A stretch of 63,704 nucleotides of DNA, filler included. It is 5 parts of 5 records of this genome, joined end to end, with 100 filler letters (N's around TTAATTAATTAA, not from the genome) between each part and the next. Parts side by side here need not be neighbours in the genome. Positions count along the whole stretch, not along the records: positions 17,969 to 28,878 come from SRR22947725_3634; positions 28,979 to 40,715 come from SRR22947725_3640; 3 more parts are not named here. One strand, written 5' to 3'. Below are positions 19,298 through 30,064 of this stretch, one piece after another (positions within the stretch are counted from its first letter, which is position 1; every line of letters begins with the position of its first letter). The translations under genes were made by a program, and so were the position numbers. The notes under the pieces were generated by a model that searched no databases, was not told the origin of the DNA, and worked only from the letters and a program-made list of their open reading frames with translations.

Positions 19298-20704
19298 TTA
19301 ATTTTGATTGTTTTCAGATGTTAATGATTGTAATTTCGCTTTTGAGTTTATTATACTAAGCATGGAAATCAAATAGCTTTGTTGGGATTTGTATAATTGT
19401 GTTTGAGCTTCCCTCAAATCAAAACTAGATGCTATTCCCTCAGAAAATTTAACTTGATTTTTTCTTTCTATTCTTTCTGCTAATTCAAGATTTCTTTTTT
19501 TATTTAAATAATCTTCAATTGCAAATTGGTAATTTCCTTTAGCAAGATTTATTTCGATACTTAATTTCTTTTCAAGTTCACTTAGTTGTAAAGTAGATTT
19601 TTCAAGTTCTATCTTAGCCCTAGTAATTTTTGATAATTGCTCGCCTGAACTTAAAATGGGAATATCCATTTTTAAACCAAAAATTGTTGAACCATACCAT
19701 TTTTGATTTTTATCTGTAAAATTAAAATTATCTGAATATCCAGAATACCCTGCATTTATGAATGCATTTATGGTTGGTAATAGCTTTGTTTTTTCATAAA
19801 AAATCAATAATTCTTTAGAAGTTTTTTCATTGTTTTTGATTACGTAATCTGCAGATTTTTTAATGTTACTATTTTCTGAAATTAAAGATAAGTTGATGTT
19901 CTTATCTATAAGACTTTCAAAATTATCGGTTAAGTTAATTTCTTGATTAATCTCTAACCCTAGAATAAGGTTTAAAAGCTGTGAGGCTAATTTTTCTTGT
20001 AATAAACTATTTTTCAAATTACTTTGTAACCCCGACAAAGTAATTTGTAATTGCTCTACATTTTCTTCTTCAGTAAGACCATTTTCATATATTTTTATTA
20101 CTTCATTTAATGTGTTTTCAACAATTTTAATGTTCTTATTAATAATGTTAACACTTTCCTTAGCTAATAATACATTTCCATAGGATTCAATGGTGCTTTT
20201 TTTAAGCTCCACAGATGTTTTATTTCTAATCCCCTCTTCAATGTCTACATAAATCTGGACCGACTTTAATCCTACAAAATAAGTTCCATCAAAAACTAAT
20301 TGTTTTAAACTTATATTTCCATCAAGCGATTGCTTTGTTCCAAACCTTAGAGGAATTAAACCTTCTGCTTGATTAATATTGTTGTTAGTTTGGTCTACAT
20401 CAAAATAATTATTTACCACATCTATTATACTTTGAGTATTATCAAACGCAGCAGCAGGGATTAATGATACTTGTTGTTTTATCCAGTTACTATAGTTTAT
20501 GCTTGCATTAATTTTTGGTAAGCCAGTCGATATAGTTTCCCATTTTATTGCTTCAGCTGCATTAATTTGTAAATCTGCAGATTTTAAGGATGCATTATTT
20601 AGTTGTGCATAATTTATGGCATCTTCTAAACTAAAATCTAACTTTTCAACTTGTGAATAAACTAAATTATATGAAATCATAAAGATGAAATAGATTTTTT
20701 TCAT
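19298..20704 (-). CDS. TolC family outer membrane efflux protein
   Basis: Signal peptide, SLEDAINYA and duplicated OEP helical repeats; operon context. Confidence 0.93.
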   Translation of the reverse strand: MKKIYFIFMISYNLVYSQVEKLDFSLEDAINYAQLNNASLKSADLQINAAEAIKWETISTGLPKINASINYSNWIKQQVSLIPAAAFDNTQSIIDVVNNYFDVDQTNNNINQAEGLIPLRFGTKQSLDGNISLKQLVFDGTYFVGLKSVQIYVDIEEGIRNKTSVELKKSTIESYGNVLLAKESVNIINKNIKIVENTLNEVIKIYENGLTEEENVEQLQITLSGLQSNLKNSLLQEKLASQLLNLILGLEINQEINLTDNFESLIDKNINLSLISENSNIKKSADYVIKNNEKTSKELLIFYEKTKLLPTINAFINAGYSGYSDNFNFTDKNQKWYGSTIFGLKMDIPILSSGEQLSKITRAKIELEKSTLQLSELEKKLSIEINLAKGNYQFAIEDYLNKKRNLELAERIERKNQVKFSEGIASSFDLREAQTQLYKSQQSYLISMLSIINSKAKLQSLTSENNQN

Positions 20705-20713
20705 ATTATATTT

Positions 20714-21313
20714 TTAATTATTTAGATAAAAATTTTCTAATTTTTCTAATCCTTTTTTAGTTACAATTGCTCTTAAATGATATTCAGAATAGCTTTCCAT
20801 TAACACACCTGGATTAAACAATTCTGTAGGAAATATCTCAGGGTTTCTTATTCCCATAATCCCATTAAAATATAATCTAGAAATAAGCTCTAAATTTATT
20901 TTTTTTCTAAATAAACCCTGAGTAATGCCTTTTTGTAAACTTTTTTTTGTTGACTCTAATACAAAATCAAATTTTTTGATCTTCAATTCTTTATGAATTG
21001 ATGGGTAGTATTTTTGTAGTTGATAATATGGTGATGTTTTTTCACCCTTCAATGAATTCATTAAAAATATTTTAATGTCATGCAATTCAGTTATCGGGTC
21101 TAAGGATTTGGTCTTGATATCATTAATTCCATCAGTGATTTTTTTAAATAAATGAGTAGTTCCAGCTTCAACCAGACTTGTCTTATTATCAAAATAAGTA
21201 TAGATGGTTTTTTTGGACATCCCTAGTTCATTTGCAATGTCGTCCATTGTTACACTTTTAAAACCAAGCGTCAAAAAAAGGCTTGTTGCTCTATTTATAA
21301 TAGTCTCTTTCAT
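20714..21313 (-). CDS. TetR/AcrR family regulator
   Basis: GFKSVTMDDIANELGMSKKTIYTYFDNK HTH. Confidence 0.96.
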   Translation of the reverse strand: MKETIINRATSLFLTLGFKSVTMDDIANELGMSKKTIYTYFDNKTSLVEAGTTHLFKKITDGINDIKTKSLDPITELHDIKIFLMNSLKGEKTSPYYQLQKYYPSIHKELKIKKFDFVLESTKKSLQKGITQGLFRKKINLELISRLYFNGIMGIRNPEIFPTELFNPGVLMESYSEYHLRAIVTKKGLEKLENFYLNN

Positions 21314-21750
21314 TTTAGTGAAATTTTAATATTCAAGTCATCAACCAAATTAAAAGAAGCATCTTTATAAGAAGGACTTCCTAAGAAACCAGTTGCATTA
21401 TTTGAAAAACCGTACTGTTCAGATGGGATACCAAGAAAATTTTTATCAATTATTTTATTATCATTTGAATCTACAAATAAACTAATTGCATAAACCCCCT
21501 TTTTTAGTTCAATACTTTTTGTAAAACCATCAATAGTAACTGCTTCAACAATTGATTTGACCCATCTTTTTTTATCAATATTTTTATTTTTATTATCCTG
21601 ATTAAAACTTGTCGAGTTATCATATATTGCTAAATATACAGTACCTTTATATTCTATATTATCAATTTCGATATTTAGTTTAAATGTCTGACTATTTATA
21701 TCAATAACTGCTAATAAAACAATACAAATAAATAGAACTCTAATTTTCAT
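21310..21750 (-). CDS. DUF2141 family secreted protein
   Basis: Signal peptide and GVYAISLFVDSNDN...GIPSEQYGFSNN signature. ATGA overlap with tetR. Confidence 0.9.
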   Translation of the reverse strand: MKIRVLFICIVLLAVIDINSQTFKLNIEIDNIEYKGTVYLAIYDNSTSFNQDNKNKNIDKKRWVKSIVEAVTIDGFTKSIELKKGVYAISLFVDSNDNKIIDKNFLGIPSEQYGFSNNATGFLGSPSYKDASFNLVDDLNIKISLK

Positions 21751-21769
21751 AAAACTTCAAAATGGAGTG

Positions 21770-21777
21770 CAAATATA
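21770..21777 (-). promoter_or_regulatory. Bacteroidota -7 promoter element (TATATTTG) for the DUF2141-tetR-tolC-RND operon
   Basis: Matches the TAnnTTTG consensus about 20 nt upstream of the ATG. Confidence 0.65.
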
Positions 21778-21781
21778 GCGG

Positions 21782-21815
21782 GAAACTATAAATACCACAA
21801 AAGTTTCTATAGTTT
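21782..21815. promoter_or_regulatory. Putative TetR operator (overlapping inverted repeats GAAACT/AGTTTC and AAACTATA/TATAGTTT)
   Basis: Inverted repeats immediately upstream of the -7 element of the tetR operon. Confidence 0.5.
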
Positions 21816-21863
21816 TTTTGCTATTTAATTTAGTCATCTAATTAATTAGATTATTTTTGCGCT

Positions 21864-22835
21864 ATGTTAACTGTGAATCAATATCGAGAAGTTTTTGTTG
21901 ATTATCTTAAAAAGTTTCCTATGAATAGGGAACCGACAAATTTATATGATCCTGTTTCATATATTTTAACACTAAAGGGCAAGAGACTTCGTCCAATTTT
22001 AACCCTAATGGCAACAGATATTTTTTCTAATTCTTACAAATCTGGCCTTGATGCTGCTTTAGCTGTTGAGGTATTTCATAATTTTTCGCTAGTTCATGAC
22101 GATATAATGGACTCCGCTGAGCTTAGAAGAGGTCATAAAACTGTACATAAAAAATGGAATGTAAGCACTGGAATATTATCTGGTGATGTAATGTTAATAC
22201 AAGCATATCAGCTTTTTGAAAATTATGAAGGTGAAGTTTTTGTAGACTTAGCTAAATTATTTAGCAAAACCGCTATTGAAGTTTGTGAAGGTCAACAATA
22301 CGATGTTGATTTCGAAACAAGAGATAATGTTAAGATATCAGATTATTTGAAAATGATTACTTACAAAACAGCCGTGCTGTTAGGTGCATCTATGAAAATG
22401 GGAGCTATAATAGCTCGTGCCAGTAAGCAAGATCAAGATAAAATATACGATTTTGGTAAATACCTAGGAATTGCTTTTCAACTACAAGATGATTATTTGG
22501 ATGCCTTTGGTGATGAAACTAAGTTTGGAAAAAAAATTGGTGGAGATATCTTAGAAAACAAAAAAACTTATCTTTATTTAAAAGCTATTGAGTTTTTAAG
22601 TGAAGACAAGAAAAATCAATTACTTGAATTGTATGCCAATAACAATATTTCTGAGGCTAAAATTAAAAAAACTAAAGCTTTATTTAAAGAAAGTGGATCA
22701 GTTGATCATACTGTAAAAGAAATTAAAAAGTATACAAATTCTGCTTTTGAAATTTTAGAATCTTTAAATATTTCAAAAGAAAAAAAGAAATTATTGTATG
22801 AATTTGGCAATTCATTAATGGATAGAAAAATATAA
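21864..22835 (+). CDS. Polyprenyl diphosphate synthase (GGPP synthase-like)
   Basis: GKRLRP, first Asp-rich motif HDDIMD...RRG and second motif QDDYLD. Confidence 0.95.
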   Translation: MLTVNQYREVFVDYLKKFPMNREPTNLYDPVSYILTLKGKRLRPILTLMATDIFSNSYKSGLDAALAVEVFHNFSLVHDDIMDSAELRRGHKTVHKKWNVSTGILSGDVMLIQAYQLFENYEGEVFVDLAKLFSKTAIEVCEGQQYDVDFETRDNVKISDYLKMITYKTAVLLGASMKMGAIIARASKQDQDKIYDFGKYLGIAFQLQDDYLDAFGDETKFGKKIGGDILENKKTYLYLKAIEFLSEDKKNQLLELYANNNISEAKIKKTKALFKESGSVDHTVKEIKKYTNSAFEILESLNISKEKKKLLYEFGNSLMDRKI

Positions 22836-22922
22836 ATTCTATTTCTTTATTTTGAGCTACTTATTTAGCTAATAATTATATTTTTGATTAAATTTGCTAT
22901 TAGAAATCCTTCGAAAAAAAAA

Positions 22923-25697
22923 ATGGATAATTTCTCTTTTTTAAATGCTGCTCATTCTGCATATTTTGCTGATTTATATGATCAGTATCTTAAAAATCCT
23001 GATTCTTTAGAGCCTAGTTGGAGAGCCTTTTTTCAAGGTTATGACTTTGGAACTAATAATAATTTTATTGAAGAAATTGTTGAAGGTGTAACACACCAAA
23101 TTCCAGACAGTGTTAAAAAAGAGTTTAATGTTATCAATTTAATTGATGCATACAGATCCAGAGGTCATTTATTTACAAAAACTAATCCAGTTCGAGATAG
23201 ACGAACTTACAACCCAAATCTTAGAATTAATAATTTTGATTTAGATGAAAGTGATTTAGATAAAATTTTCAATGCAGGTGATATTTTAGGTATTGGCCCA
23301 CAACCATTAAAGGTAATTGTTCAACACCTAGAGGCAATTTATTGTGATGCTATAGGTGTCGAATATATGTATATTAGAAATCCTGAAAAAAGAAAATGGA
23401 TACAAAACTGGATCAATAAAAATGATAATCATCCAACTTTTAGTCCAAATCAAAAAAAGCATATTCTAAAGAAATTAGTTCAGGCAGTTTCCTTCGAAAA
23501 TTTTTTACATACTAAATATGTTGGACAAAAAAGATTTTCTTTGGAAGGGGGAGAGTCTTTAATTCCAGCGCTAGATTCATTGATAGAAAGTGCTGCAAAT
23601 CTTGGTGTTGAAGAATTTGTTATGGGTATGGCCCATAGAGGAAGACTTAATACATTAACAAATATATTTGGTAAATCACCCAAAGCAATCTTTAGTGAAT
23701 TTGAGGGTAAAGATTATGAGGAGGAGGTATTTGACGGAGATGTCAAGTATCATTTAGGCTGGACTAGTAATAGAGAAACAGATACGGGTAAAAAAGTAAA
23801 TATTAGTATTGCACCTAATCCGTCTCACTTGGAAACTGTTGGTTCAGTAGTTGAAGGTATTGTTCGAGCTAAACAAGATAATTTTCATAAAGATAATTTT
23901 GAAAAAGTACTCCCAATTATTGTTCATGGAGATGCTGCCATTTCTGGTCAAGGGGTTGCCTATGAATTGATTCAAATGGCAAATTTAGATGGCTATAAAA
24001 CCGACGGTACAATTCATATAGTTGTAAATAATCAAGTTGGGTTTACCACAAATTATTTAGATGGTAGATCAAGCACATATTGTACTGATGTCGGTAAAGT
24101 TACTTTATCTCCAGTAATGCATGTTAATGCTGATGATGTTGAAGCAGTTGTTCATGCCGTTTTATTTGCTTTAGATTTTAGAATGGAATTCAAAAAAGAT
24201 GTATTTATTGATTTACTTGGCTATAGAAAGTATGGACACAACGAAGGAGATGAACCAAGATTTACTCAACCAAAACTTTATAAAGCTATTTCAAAACATT
24301 TAAACCCAAAAGAAATTTACACCAACAGACTTATAAATGAAGGTGTAATTGATTTAAATTATTCTAATAAGTTAGAAAATGACTACAAATTAAGTTTGAA
24401 TGAATTTTTAGAAGATTCTAAAAATGATGATAAAACTGTCATAACAGAGTTCATGAGTACTGATTGGAAAGATTATCAAAAAGCTAATCAGAACAAGATG
24501 CTCGAAGTAATTGATACAACTTATTCAAGGTTGAAATTGGAGAAAATTGTTCAAGTAATTTCAAGTCTTCCAAATGATAAAAAATTTATAAATAAGATTA
24601 AAAAAATAGTTAACAACAGATTAACCATGTTCGAACAAGACAAACTCGATTGGTCAATGGCTGAACATTTAGCCTATGGCTCTCTACTTGAAGAAGGGTT
24701 TAGTGTTAGAATATCGGGCCAAGACGTTGAAAGAGGAACATTTTCACACAGACATGGTGTTGTTAAAGTAGAAGATAGTGAGGAGGAAATTATTCTTCAC
24801 AATAATATTGGTGATAATCAAGGTCTTTTTAGTATATATAATTCCTTATTATCTGAATATGCTGTCTTAGGATTCGACTATGGATATGCAATGGCTAGCC
24901 CCAAGACATTAACAATCTGGGAAGCTCAATTTGGAGACTTTAGTAATGGCGCTCAAATAATAATTGATCAGTACTTATTTTCTGGTGAAGATAAATGGAA
25001 AAGCCAAAATGGATTAGTTATGCTATTGCCTCATGGTTATGAAGGGCAAGGCGCAGAACACTCATCAGCTAGAATGGAAAGGTATTTACAACTATGCGCA
25101 AATGATAATGTTTATGTTGCGAATTGTTCTACACCTGCAAATATGTTTCATATTCTAAGAAGACAAATGAAAGCAGATTTTAGAAAACCATTAGTAGTTT
25201 TTACACCTAAAAGTTTGCTAAGACATCCCAAAGTTTTATCAACTGTTGATGAATTTACAAAGGGATCATTTAAGCCCCTAATTGATGACGGCAACGTATT
25301 AGATTTAAAAAAAGTTACCACTCTTGTATTTGTAACAGGTAAGTTTTATTATGACTTATTAGATCAAAAAGAAAGGTTAGGTAGAGATGATGTTGCACTT
25401 GTTAGAATAGAGCAGCTTTTCCCTTTACCAATTAATTTAATTAAATCAATTATTTCAAAATATTCTCAAGCTGACGATTTAGTTTGGGCTCAAGAGGAGC
25501 CCAGAAATATGGGTGCTTATACCCATATTTTATTAAACTTAAATGAAGCAAAAGATTTTAGAGTTGCATCTAGAAGAACATATGGAACTACTGCCGCAGG
25601 TAGTACTGTTAGATTTAAAAGAAGACATCAAGAAGTAATAGACTATGTTTTTGACCCAGAAAAAAATAATCAGAGACAAAAAAATAATGCTATATAA
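22923..25697 (+). CDS. sucA: 2-oxoglutarate dehydrogenase E1; probable start ATG 22923 (MDNFSFLN)
   Basis: GMAHRGRLN, GDVKYHLG, HGDAA, WEAQFGDF. TAAATTTG promoter element at 22889-22896 argues against the TTG start at 22884. Confidence 0.98.
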   Translation: MDNFSFLNAAHSAYFADLYDQYLKNPDSLEPSWRAFFQGYDFGTNNNFIEEIVEGVTHQIPDSVKKEFNVINLIDAYRSRGHLFTKTNPVRDRRTYNPNLRINNFDLDESDLDKIFNAGDILGIGPQPLKVIVQHLEAIYCDAIGVEYMYIRNPEKRKWIQNWINKNDNHPTFSPNQKKHILKKLVQAVSFENFLHTKYVGQKRFSLEGGESLIPALDSLIESAANLGVEEFVMGMAHRGRLNTLTNIFGKSPKAIFSEFEGKDYEEEVFDGDVKYHLGWTSNRETDTGKKVNISIAPNPSHLETVGSVVEGIVRAKQDNFHKDNFEKVLPIIVHGDAAISGQGVAYELIQMANLDGYKTDGTIHIVVNNQVGFTTNYLDGRSSTYCTDVGKVTLSPVMHVNADDVEAVVHAVLFALDFRMEFKKDVFIDLLGYRKYGHNEGDEPRFTQPKLYKAISKHLNPKEIYTNRLINEGVIDLNYSNKLENDYKLSLNEFLEDSKNDDKTVITEFMSTDWKDYQKANQNKMLEVIDTTYSRLKLEKIVQVISSLPNDKKFINKIKKIVNNRLTMFEQDKLDWSMAEHLAYGSLLEEGFSVRISGQDVERGTFSHRHGVVKVEDSEEEIILHNNIGDNQGLFSIYNSLLSEYAVLGFDYGYAMASPKTLTIWEAQFGDFSNGAQIIIDQYLFSGEDKWKSQNGLVMLLPHGYEGQGAEHSSARMERYLQLCANDNVYVANCSTPANMFHILRRQMKADFRKPLVVFTPKSLLRHPKVLSTVDEFTKGSFKPLIDDGNVLDLKKVTTLVFVTGKFYYDLLDQKERLGRDDVALVRIEQLFPLPINLIKSIISKYSQADDLVWAQEEPRNMGAYTHILLNLNEAKDFRVASRRTYGTTAAGSTVRFKRRHQEVIDYVFDPEKNNQRQKNNAI

Positions 25698-25709
25698 AAA
25701 CAAGATATT

Positions 25710-26921
25710 ATGATTTTAGAAATGAAAGTTCCATCACCAGGAGAATCTATTACGGAAGTTGAGATTGCAACATGGCTAGTTTCAGATGGAGATTATGTGG
25801 AAAAAGACCAAGTTATAGCTGAGGTTGATAGCGACAAGGCAACTCTAGAGTTACCTGCTGAGGAAAGTGGAATAATTACTTTAAAAGCCGAAGAAGGTGA
25901 TGCTGTTGATGTTGGACAGGTAGTTTGTTTGATTGATACAAGTGCAGAAAATCAATCAAAGTCCGAAGAAACGATTCATACAAATGTAAAGAATGAACTA
26001 CAGGTATCTTCAATAGAAATATCTAAACCTGAATCAAATAGTAAGTCACATATACCAAGTCCCTCAGCAAGAAAAATTATTGCTGAAAATAATTTAGAAA
26101 TATCTAACATTATTGGATCAGGTAAAGATGGTAGAGTAACAAAAGATGATGCACTTAACTCTAAACCATCAATGGGCTCCACATCAACAAATAATGACAG
26201 AAAAGAAACTAGAACTAAACTTTCTATGCTTAGAAGAAAAGTTGCTGAAAGACTAGTTACAGTTAAAAATGAAACTGCAATGTTGACTACTTTCAATGAA
26301 GTTGATATGTCTTCAATATTTGATTTAAGGTCAAAATATAAAGAAGATTTTAAAACTAAACATGACGTTAGTTTAGGTTTCATGTCATTTTTTACGTTAG
26401 CTGTAGTTAGAGCATTGAAATTATTTCCTGCAGTAAATTCAATGATTGATGGTAAAGAGATGATAACCTATGAATATTGTGATATTAGCATCGCTGTTTC
26501 TGGACCAAAAGGATTAATGGTTCCCGTGATAAGACATGCAGAAAAAATGTCTTTCAAAGAAGTTGAGACTGAAGTCAAGAGATTGGCTATTAGAGCTAGA
26601 GATTCAAAAATTACAGTTGACGAAATGACAGGAGGAACTTTTACCATATCTAATGGTGGAGTGTTTGGAAGTATGTTGTCAACACCAATTCTTAATCCGC
26701 CACAAAGTGGAATATTAGGAATGCATAATATAGTTGAACGACCTGTTGCAATAGAAGGAAAAGTTGAAATTAGACCTATAATGTACTTAGCACTTTCTTA
26801 TGATCATAGAATTATTGATGGAAAAGAAAGCGTAGGATTCCTAGTAGCTATCAAGGAAGCATTAGAAAATCCAGTTGAGCTATTAATGAATGACAACATA
26901 AAATATTCTTTGGATCTGTAA
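25710..26921 (+). CDS. sucB: Dihydrolipoyllysine succinyltransferase (E2)
   Basis: Lipoyl domain (DSDKAT), E3-binding domain and catalytic SYDHRIIDG. Confidence 0.98.
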   Translation: MILEMKVPSPGESITEVEIATWLVSDGDYVEKDQVIAEVDSDKATLELPAEESGIITLKAEEGDAVDVGQVVCLIDTSAENQSKSEETIHTNVKNELQVSSIEISKPESNSKSHIPSPSARKIIAENNLEISNIIGSGKDGRVTKDDALNSKPSMGSTSTNNDRKETRTKLSMLRRKVAERLVTVKNETAMLTTFNEVDMSSIFDLRSKYKEDFKTKHDVSLGFMSFFTLAVVRALKLFPAVNSMIDGKEMITYEYCDISIAVSGPKGLMVPVIRHAEKMSFKEVETEVKRLAIRARDSKITVDEMTGGTFTISNGGVFGSMLSTPILNPPQSGILGMHNIVERPVAIEGKVEIRPIMYLALSYDHRIIDGKESVGFLVAIKEALENPVELLMNDNIKYSLDL

Positions 26922-26966
26922 AAAACTTATTTATTATTTATTAAGTATTTATACCTTTACTAAATA

Positions 26967-27737
26967 ATGGTTATTGATACTCACACTCATTTATATTTAA
27001 AAGAATTTGCAGCCGATATTGATGATGTAATTAATCGCGCTAAAAATTTAAAAATAAATAATTTTTTTCTCCCAGCTATAGATTCTTCTCATACTGAGTC
27101 TATGATCTCTTTGAAAAATGCATATCCAGAAATAATGCACATGATGGCAGGCTTACATCCATGTAGTGTAAAAGATAACTATTTAGATGAATTAAGTCAC
27201 GTCGAAAATGTGTTAAAAAACCATCCTGTAGTTGCTATTGGAGAAATTGGTATTGATTTATATTGGGATAAATCAACACTAAATATTCAAAAAAAAGCAT
27301 TCGCATCTCAAATTAGATTAGCTAAAGATTTAAATCTTCCAATTGTAATTCATTGTAGAAATGCATTTGATGAAATTTTTGAAGTATTAGAAAAGGAAAA
27401 ATCAGAAAAACTCAGAGGTATATTTCATTGCTTTAGTGGTAATTACGAGCAAGCATTGAAAGCTATATCTTTTAATATGAAATTAGGAATTGGAGGAGTT
27501 GTTACCTTTAAAAATGGAAAAATTGATAAATTTTTAAAGAAAATTCCATTAGATAATTTAGTTCTTGAAACAGATTCACCTTATTTAGCACCGCCCCCCT
27601 TTAGAGGCAAAAGAAATGAGAGTTCTTATTTGTCAATAATTATTGATAAATTGACTGAAGTTTATGAAATACCGGCTGAAAAAATAATAGAAATTACTTC
27701 AAGTAATGCAATTGAATTATTTAAAATTAAAGTATGA
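26967..27737 (+). CDS. tatD: TatD family hydrolase/DNase
   Basis: DTHTHL, GEIGID, HCR, HCFSG, ETDSPYL. Confidence 0.95.
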   Translation: MVIDTHTHLYLKEFAADIDDVINRAKNLKINNFFLPAIDSSHTESMISLKNAYPEIMHMMAGLHPCSVKDNYLDELSHVENVLKNHPVVAIGEIGIDLYWDKSTLNIQKKAFASQIRLAKDLNLPIVIHCRNAFDEIFEVLEKEKSEKLRGIFHCFSGNYEQALKAISFNMKLGIGGVVTFKNGKIDKFLKKIPLDNLVLETDSPYLAPPPFRGKRNESSYLSIIIDKLTEVYEIPAEKIIEITSSNAIELFKIKV

Positions 27738-28783
27738 ATAAATCAAAAATATTGTTAATATACACTGGTGGAACTATTGGAATGGTCAAGGAGGCTAACC
27801 AACCTTATTTAAGGCCTTTTAATTTTGAAAATATTTTAGAAAGGGTTAAAGAAATTAAACTACTTAATTGTCAATTAGAAACCGTTTCTATTAACAATCC
27901 AATTGATTCTTCAAATATTCAAATTGAAAATTGGATTGAATTAGTTGAAATAATAAAAACCAATTATAATTCTTTCGATGGGTTTGTCATTCTTCATGGC
28001 ACAGATACCATGAGCTATACAGCATCAGCTTTAAGTTTTTTAATTCAAAATTTAACTAAACCAATTATTTTAACTGGTTCCCAATTGCCCCTTGGGGATT
28101 TAAGGACAGATGCAAAAGAGCATTTAATCACATCAATTCAATTAGCTAGACCTATTCACCATTTTGAGAAACATCATTCTTCAACCCAAAGCACTAATTC
28201 AATTAAAGAAGTTTGTCTATATTTTGATAATAAACTTTTTAGGGGGAATAGAACTACTAAGGTTAACTCTGACCAATTTAAAGCATACGCGAGTTTTAAT
28301 TATCCTGAACTCGCAAAATCAGGTGTAGATTTAAAAATTAACTTTGAAGATTTATACAAACCTCAAAACCCTAGTCCAATTTTTTATGACAAACTTGATG
28401 ATAGAGTTTCTGTAATGAGATTATATCCTGGTATTTCTAAGCAAAATGTTAAGCATATGTTTTCAGACAATTACTCTAAAGTAGTAATTATCGAGTCTTA
28501 TGGATCTGGTAATATATTCAATTACAAATGGTTCATAGATGAGTTAAAATCGTCTATAGAAAAAGGAAAATATATTATAAATGTTTCTCAATGCCCAAAA
28601 GGAAGTGTAAAAATGGGTAAATATGAGTCTTCCTTTAAGTTAGTAGAGTTAGATATTATCTCTGGAAAAGACATCACCTTAGAGTCTGCAATAATTAAAT
28701 CAATGTTTTTATTATCAATGAAAATTGATTTTAAAAACTTTAAAAAGATGTTTGAACTCAGTATTAGTGGAGAAATCTCTTAA
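27734..28783 (+). CDS. ansA: Type I L-asparaginase
   Basis: TGGTIGM, DSS, HGTDTM and TGSQ motifs. Confidence 0.93.
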   Translation: MNKSKILLIYTGGTIGMVKEANQPYLRPFNFENILERVKEIKLLNCQLETVSINNPIDSSNIQIENWIELVEIIKTNYNSFDGFVILHGTDTMSYTASALSFLIQNLTKPIILTGSQLPLGDLRTDAKEHLITSIQLARPIHHFEKHHSSTQSTNSIKEVCLYFDNKLFRGNRTTKVNSDQFKAYASFNYPELAKSGVDLKINFEDLYKPQNPSPIFYDKLDDRVSVMRLYPGISKQNVKHMFSDNYSKVVIIESYGSGNIFNYKWFIDELKSSIEKGKYIINVSQCPKGSVKMGKYESSFKLVELDIISGKDITLESAIIKSMFLLSMKIDFKNFKKMFELSISGEIS

Positions 28784-28850
28784 AATAACCCAGTATTTAT
28801 TTTAAGATTAGTTTTTTTTTCAGTTTATTTGCTAGAATGTAATTTGATTT

Positions 28851-28878
28851 AGAGAGGTGGCCGAGTGGTCGAAGGCGC
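28851..28878 (+). tRNA. 5' part of a tRNA, probably tRNA-Ser, cut before the anticodon by the contig end
   Basis: AGAGAGGTGGCCGAGTGGTCGAAGGCGC = acceptor 5' strand plus a class II tRNA-type D arm; anticodon not visible. Confidence 0.8.
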
Positions 28879-28978
28879 NNNNNNNNNNNNNNNNNNNNNN
28901 NNNNNNNNNNNNNNNNNNNNNNTTAATTAATTAANNNNNNNNNNNNNNNNNNNNNNNNNNNNNNNNNNNNNNNNNNNN
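28879..28978. other. Artificial contig spacer
   Basis: 44 N + TTAATTAATTAA + 44 N. Confidence 0.99.
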
Positions 28979-29393
28979 ATCCTAGGTAGAATAATGTATC
29001 GCCTGAAAAAAGAATATTTTCATGGGGTATATAAAAACAAACATGACCTAGTGTATGTCCTGGAGTATGAATTACCTTAGTTTCTAACCCAGCAATGGAA
29101 ATTACATCATTATCCGAAACAAAAACATCTATGTTAGAAATTTTTTCTTTTTCATAGATAGGAGCAATTAATTTAGATCCATAAATTTCTTTAAGTTGTC
29201 TATTTCCACCAGTATGATCATGATGGTGATGGGTATTGACTATTTCGTCTAAATGCCATCCCTTATCATTTAAAAATTTTTCTACGGGTTTTGATTCTCC
29301 AGGGTCAACTACAGCTGTTATATTTTTTTCTATATTACGTAATAAATAAATATAGTTATCTGATAGGGCACTTATAATATTTATTTCGATCAT
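28979..29393 (-). CDS. gloB: Hydroxyacylglutathione hydrolase (glyoxalase II), 3'-truncated
   Basis: DNYIYL, THHHHDHTGG, TPGHTLGH, FSGDTLF. Confidence 0.95.
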
Positions 29394-29522
29394 GTATATC
29401 TCTTTAAAAAGTAAAAAATTGCTTTAACTAATATTAAATTAAAACATTTGTTAAAAAAAATTAATCAAAAAGTTTATTTTATTTAATATAAGTATATATA
29501 TGTTAGATCATAAGGGTTTAAA

Positions 29523-30056
29523 ATGGATAATTTAGAATTAGAAAGTCTTCGAAATAAAATTGATGAAATTGATACTAGTTTGTGTCAAATGATTAAAGAA
29601 AGACAATCTTTAGCGTCAAAAATTATGAATGCCAAAAAAGGTGATTTCCCTTTTGATCCTGATAGAGAAGAAAAATTAATCAAAAAATTAGTAACTTTAG
29701 GATTAGATAAATTTTTAGTTGAAAAAGTTTGGCGTCAAATAATTTCAGCAAATTTATCTATACAAAAAGTATTGAAAATAGGTGTTGCGGGTAATGATGA
29801 TGAGATTAAGTCAGCTTATTCAGCACATTTTGGAAATTATTTTGATACCACACACTTTTTAAGTGTAGTAAGTTTATTAGCATCTTTAGATAACAAGGAT
29901 ATAGAGATAGGTTTTATAGACAGCAAAAGCTTGAGTAAACTTAAAAAACATACCGATATCAAAGTTAATTTTGAGATTATAGCTAATGTCCCACTTTATA
30001 AAAGCACAAATCAAAAGAGCTATAATATAATTAAACTCAAAGATGATAAATCGTAG
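29523..30056 (+). CDS. Chorismate mutase (AroQ domain plus short C-terminal domain)
   Basis: LESLRNKIDEID...ER...DPDRE...WRQII; precedes hisC-tyrC as in Alphaproteobacteria. Confidence 0.85.
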   Translation: MDNLELESLRNKIDEIDTSLCQMIKERQSLASKIMNAKKGDFPFDPDREEKLIKKLVTLGLDKFLVEKVWRQIISANLSIQKVLKIGVAGNDDEIKSAYSAHFGNYFDTTHFLSVVSLLASLDNKDIEIGFIDSKSLSKLKKHTDIKVNFEIIANVPLYKSTNQKSYNIIKLKDDKS

Positions 30057-30064
30057 GATATTTT

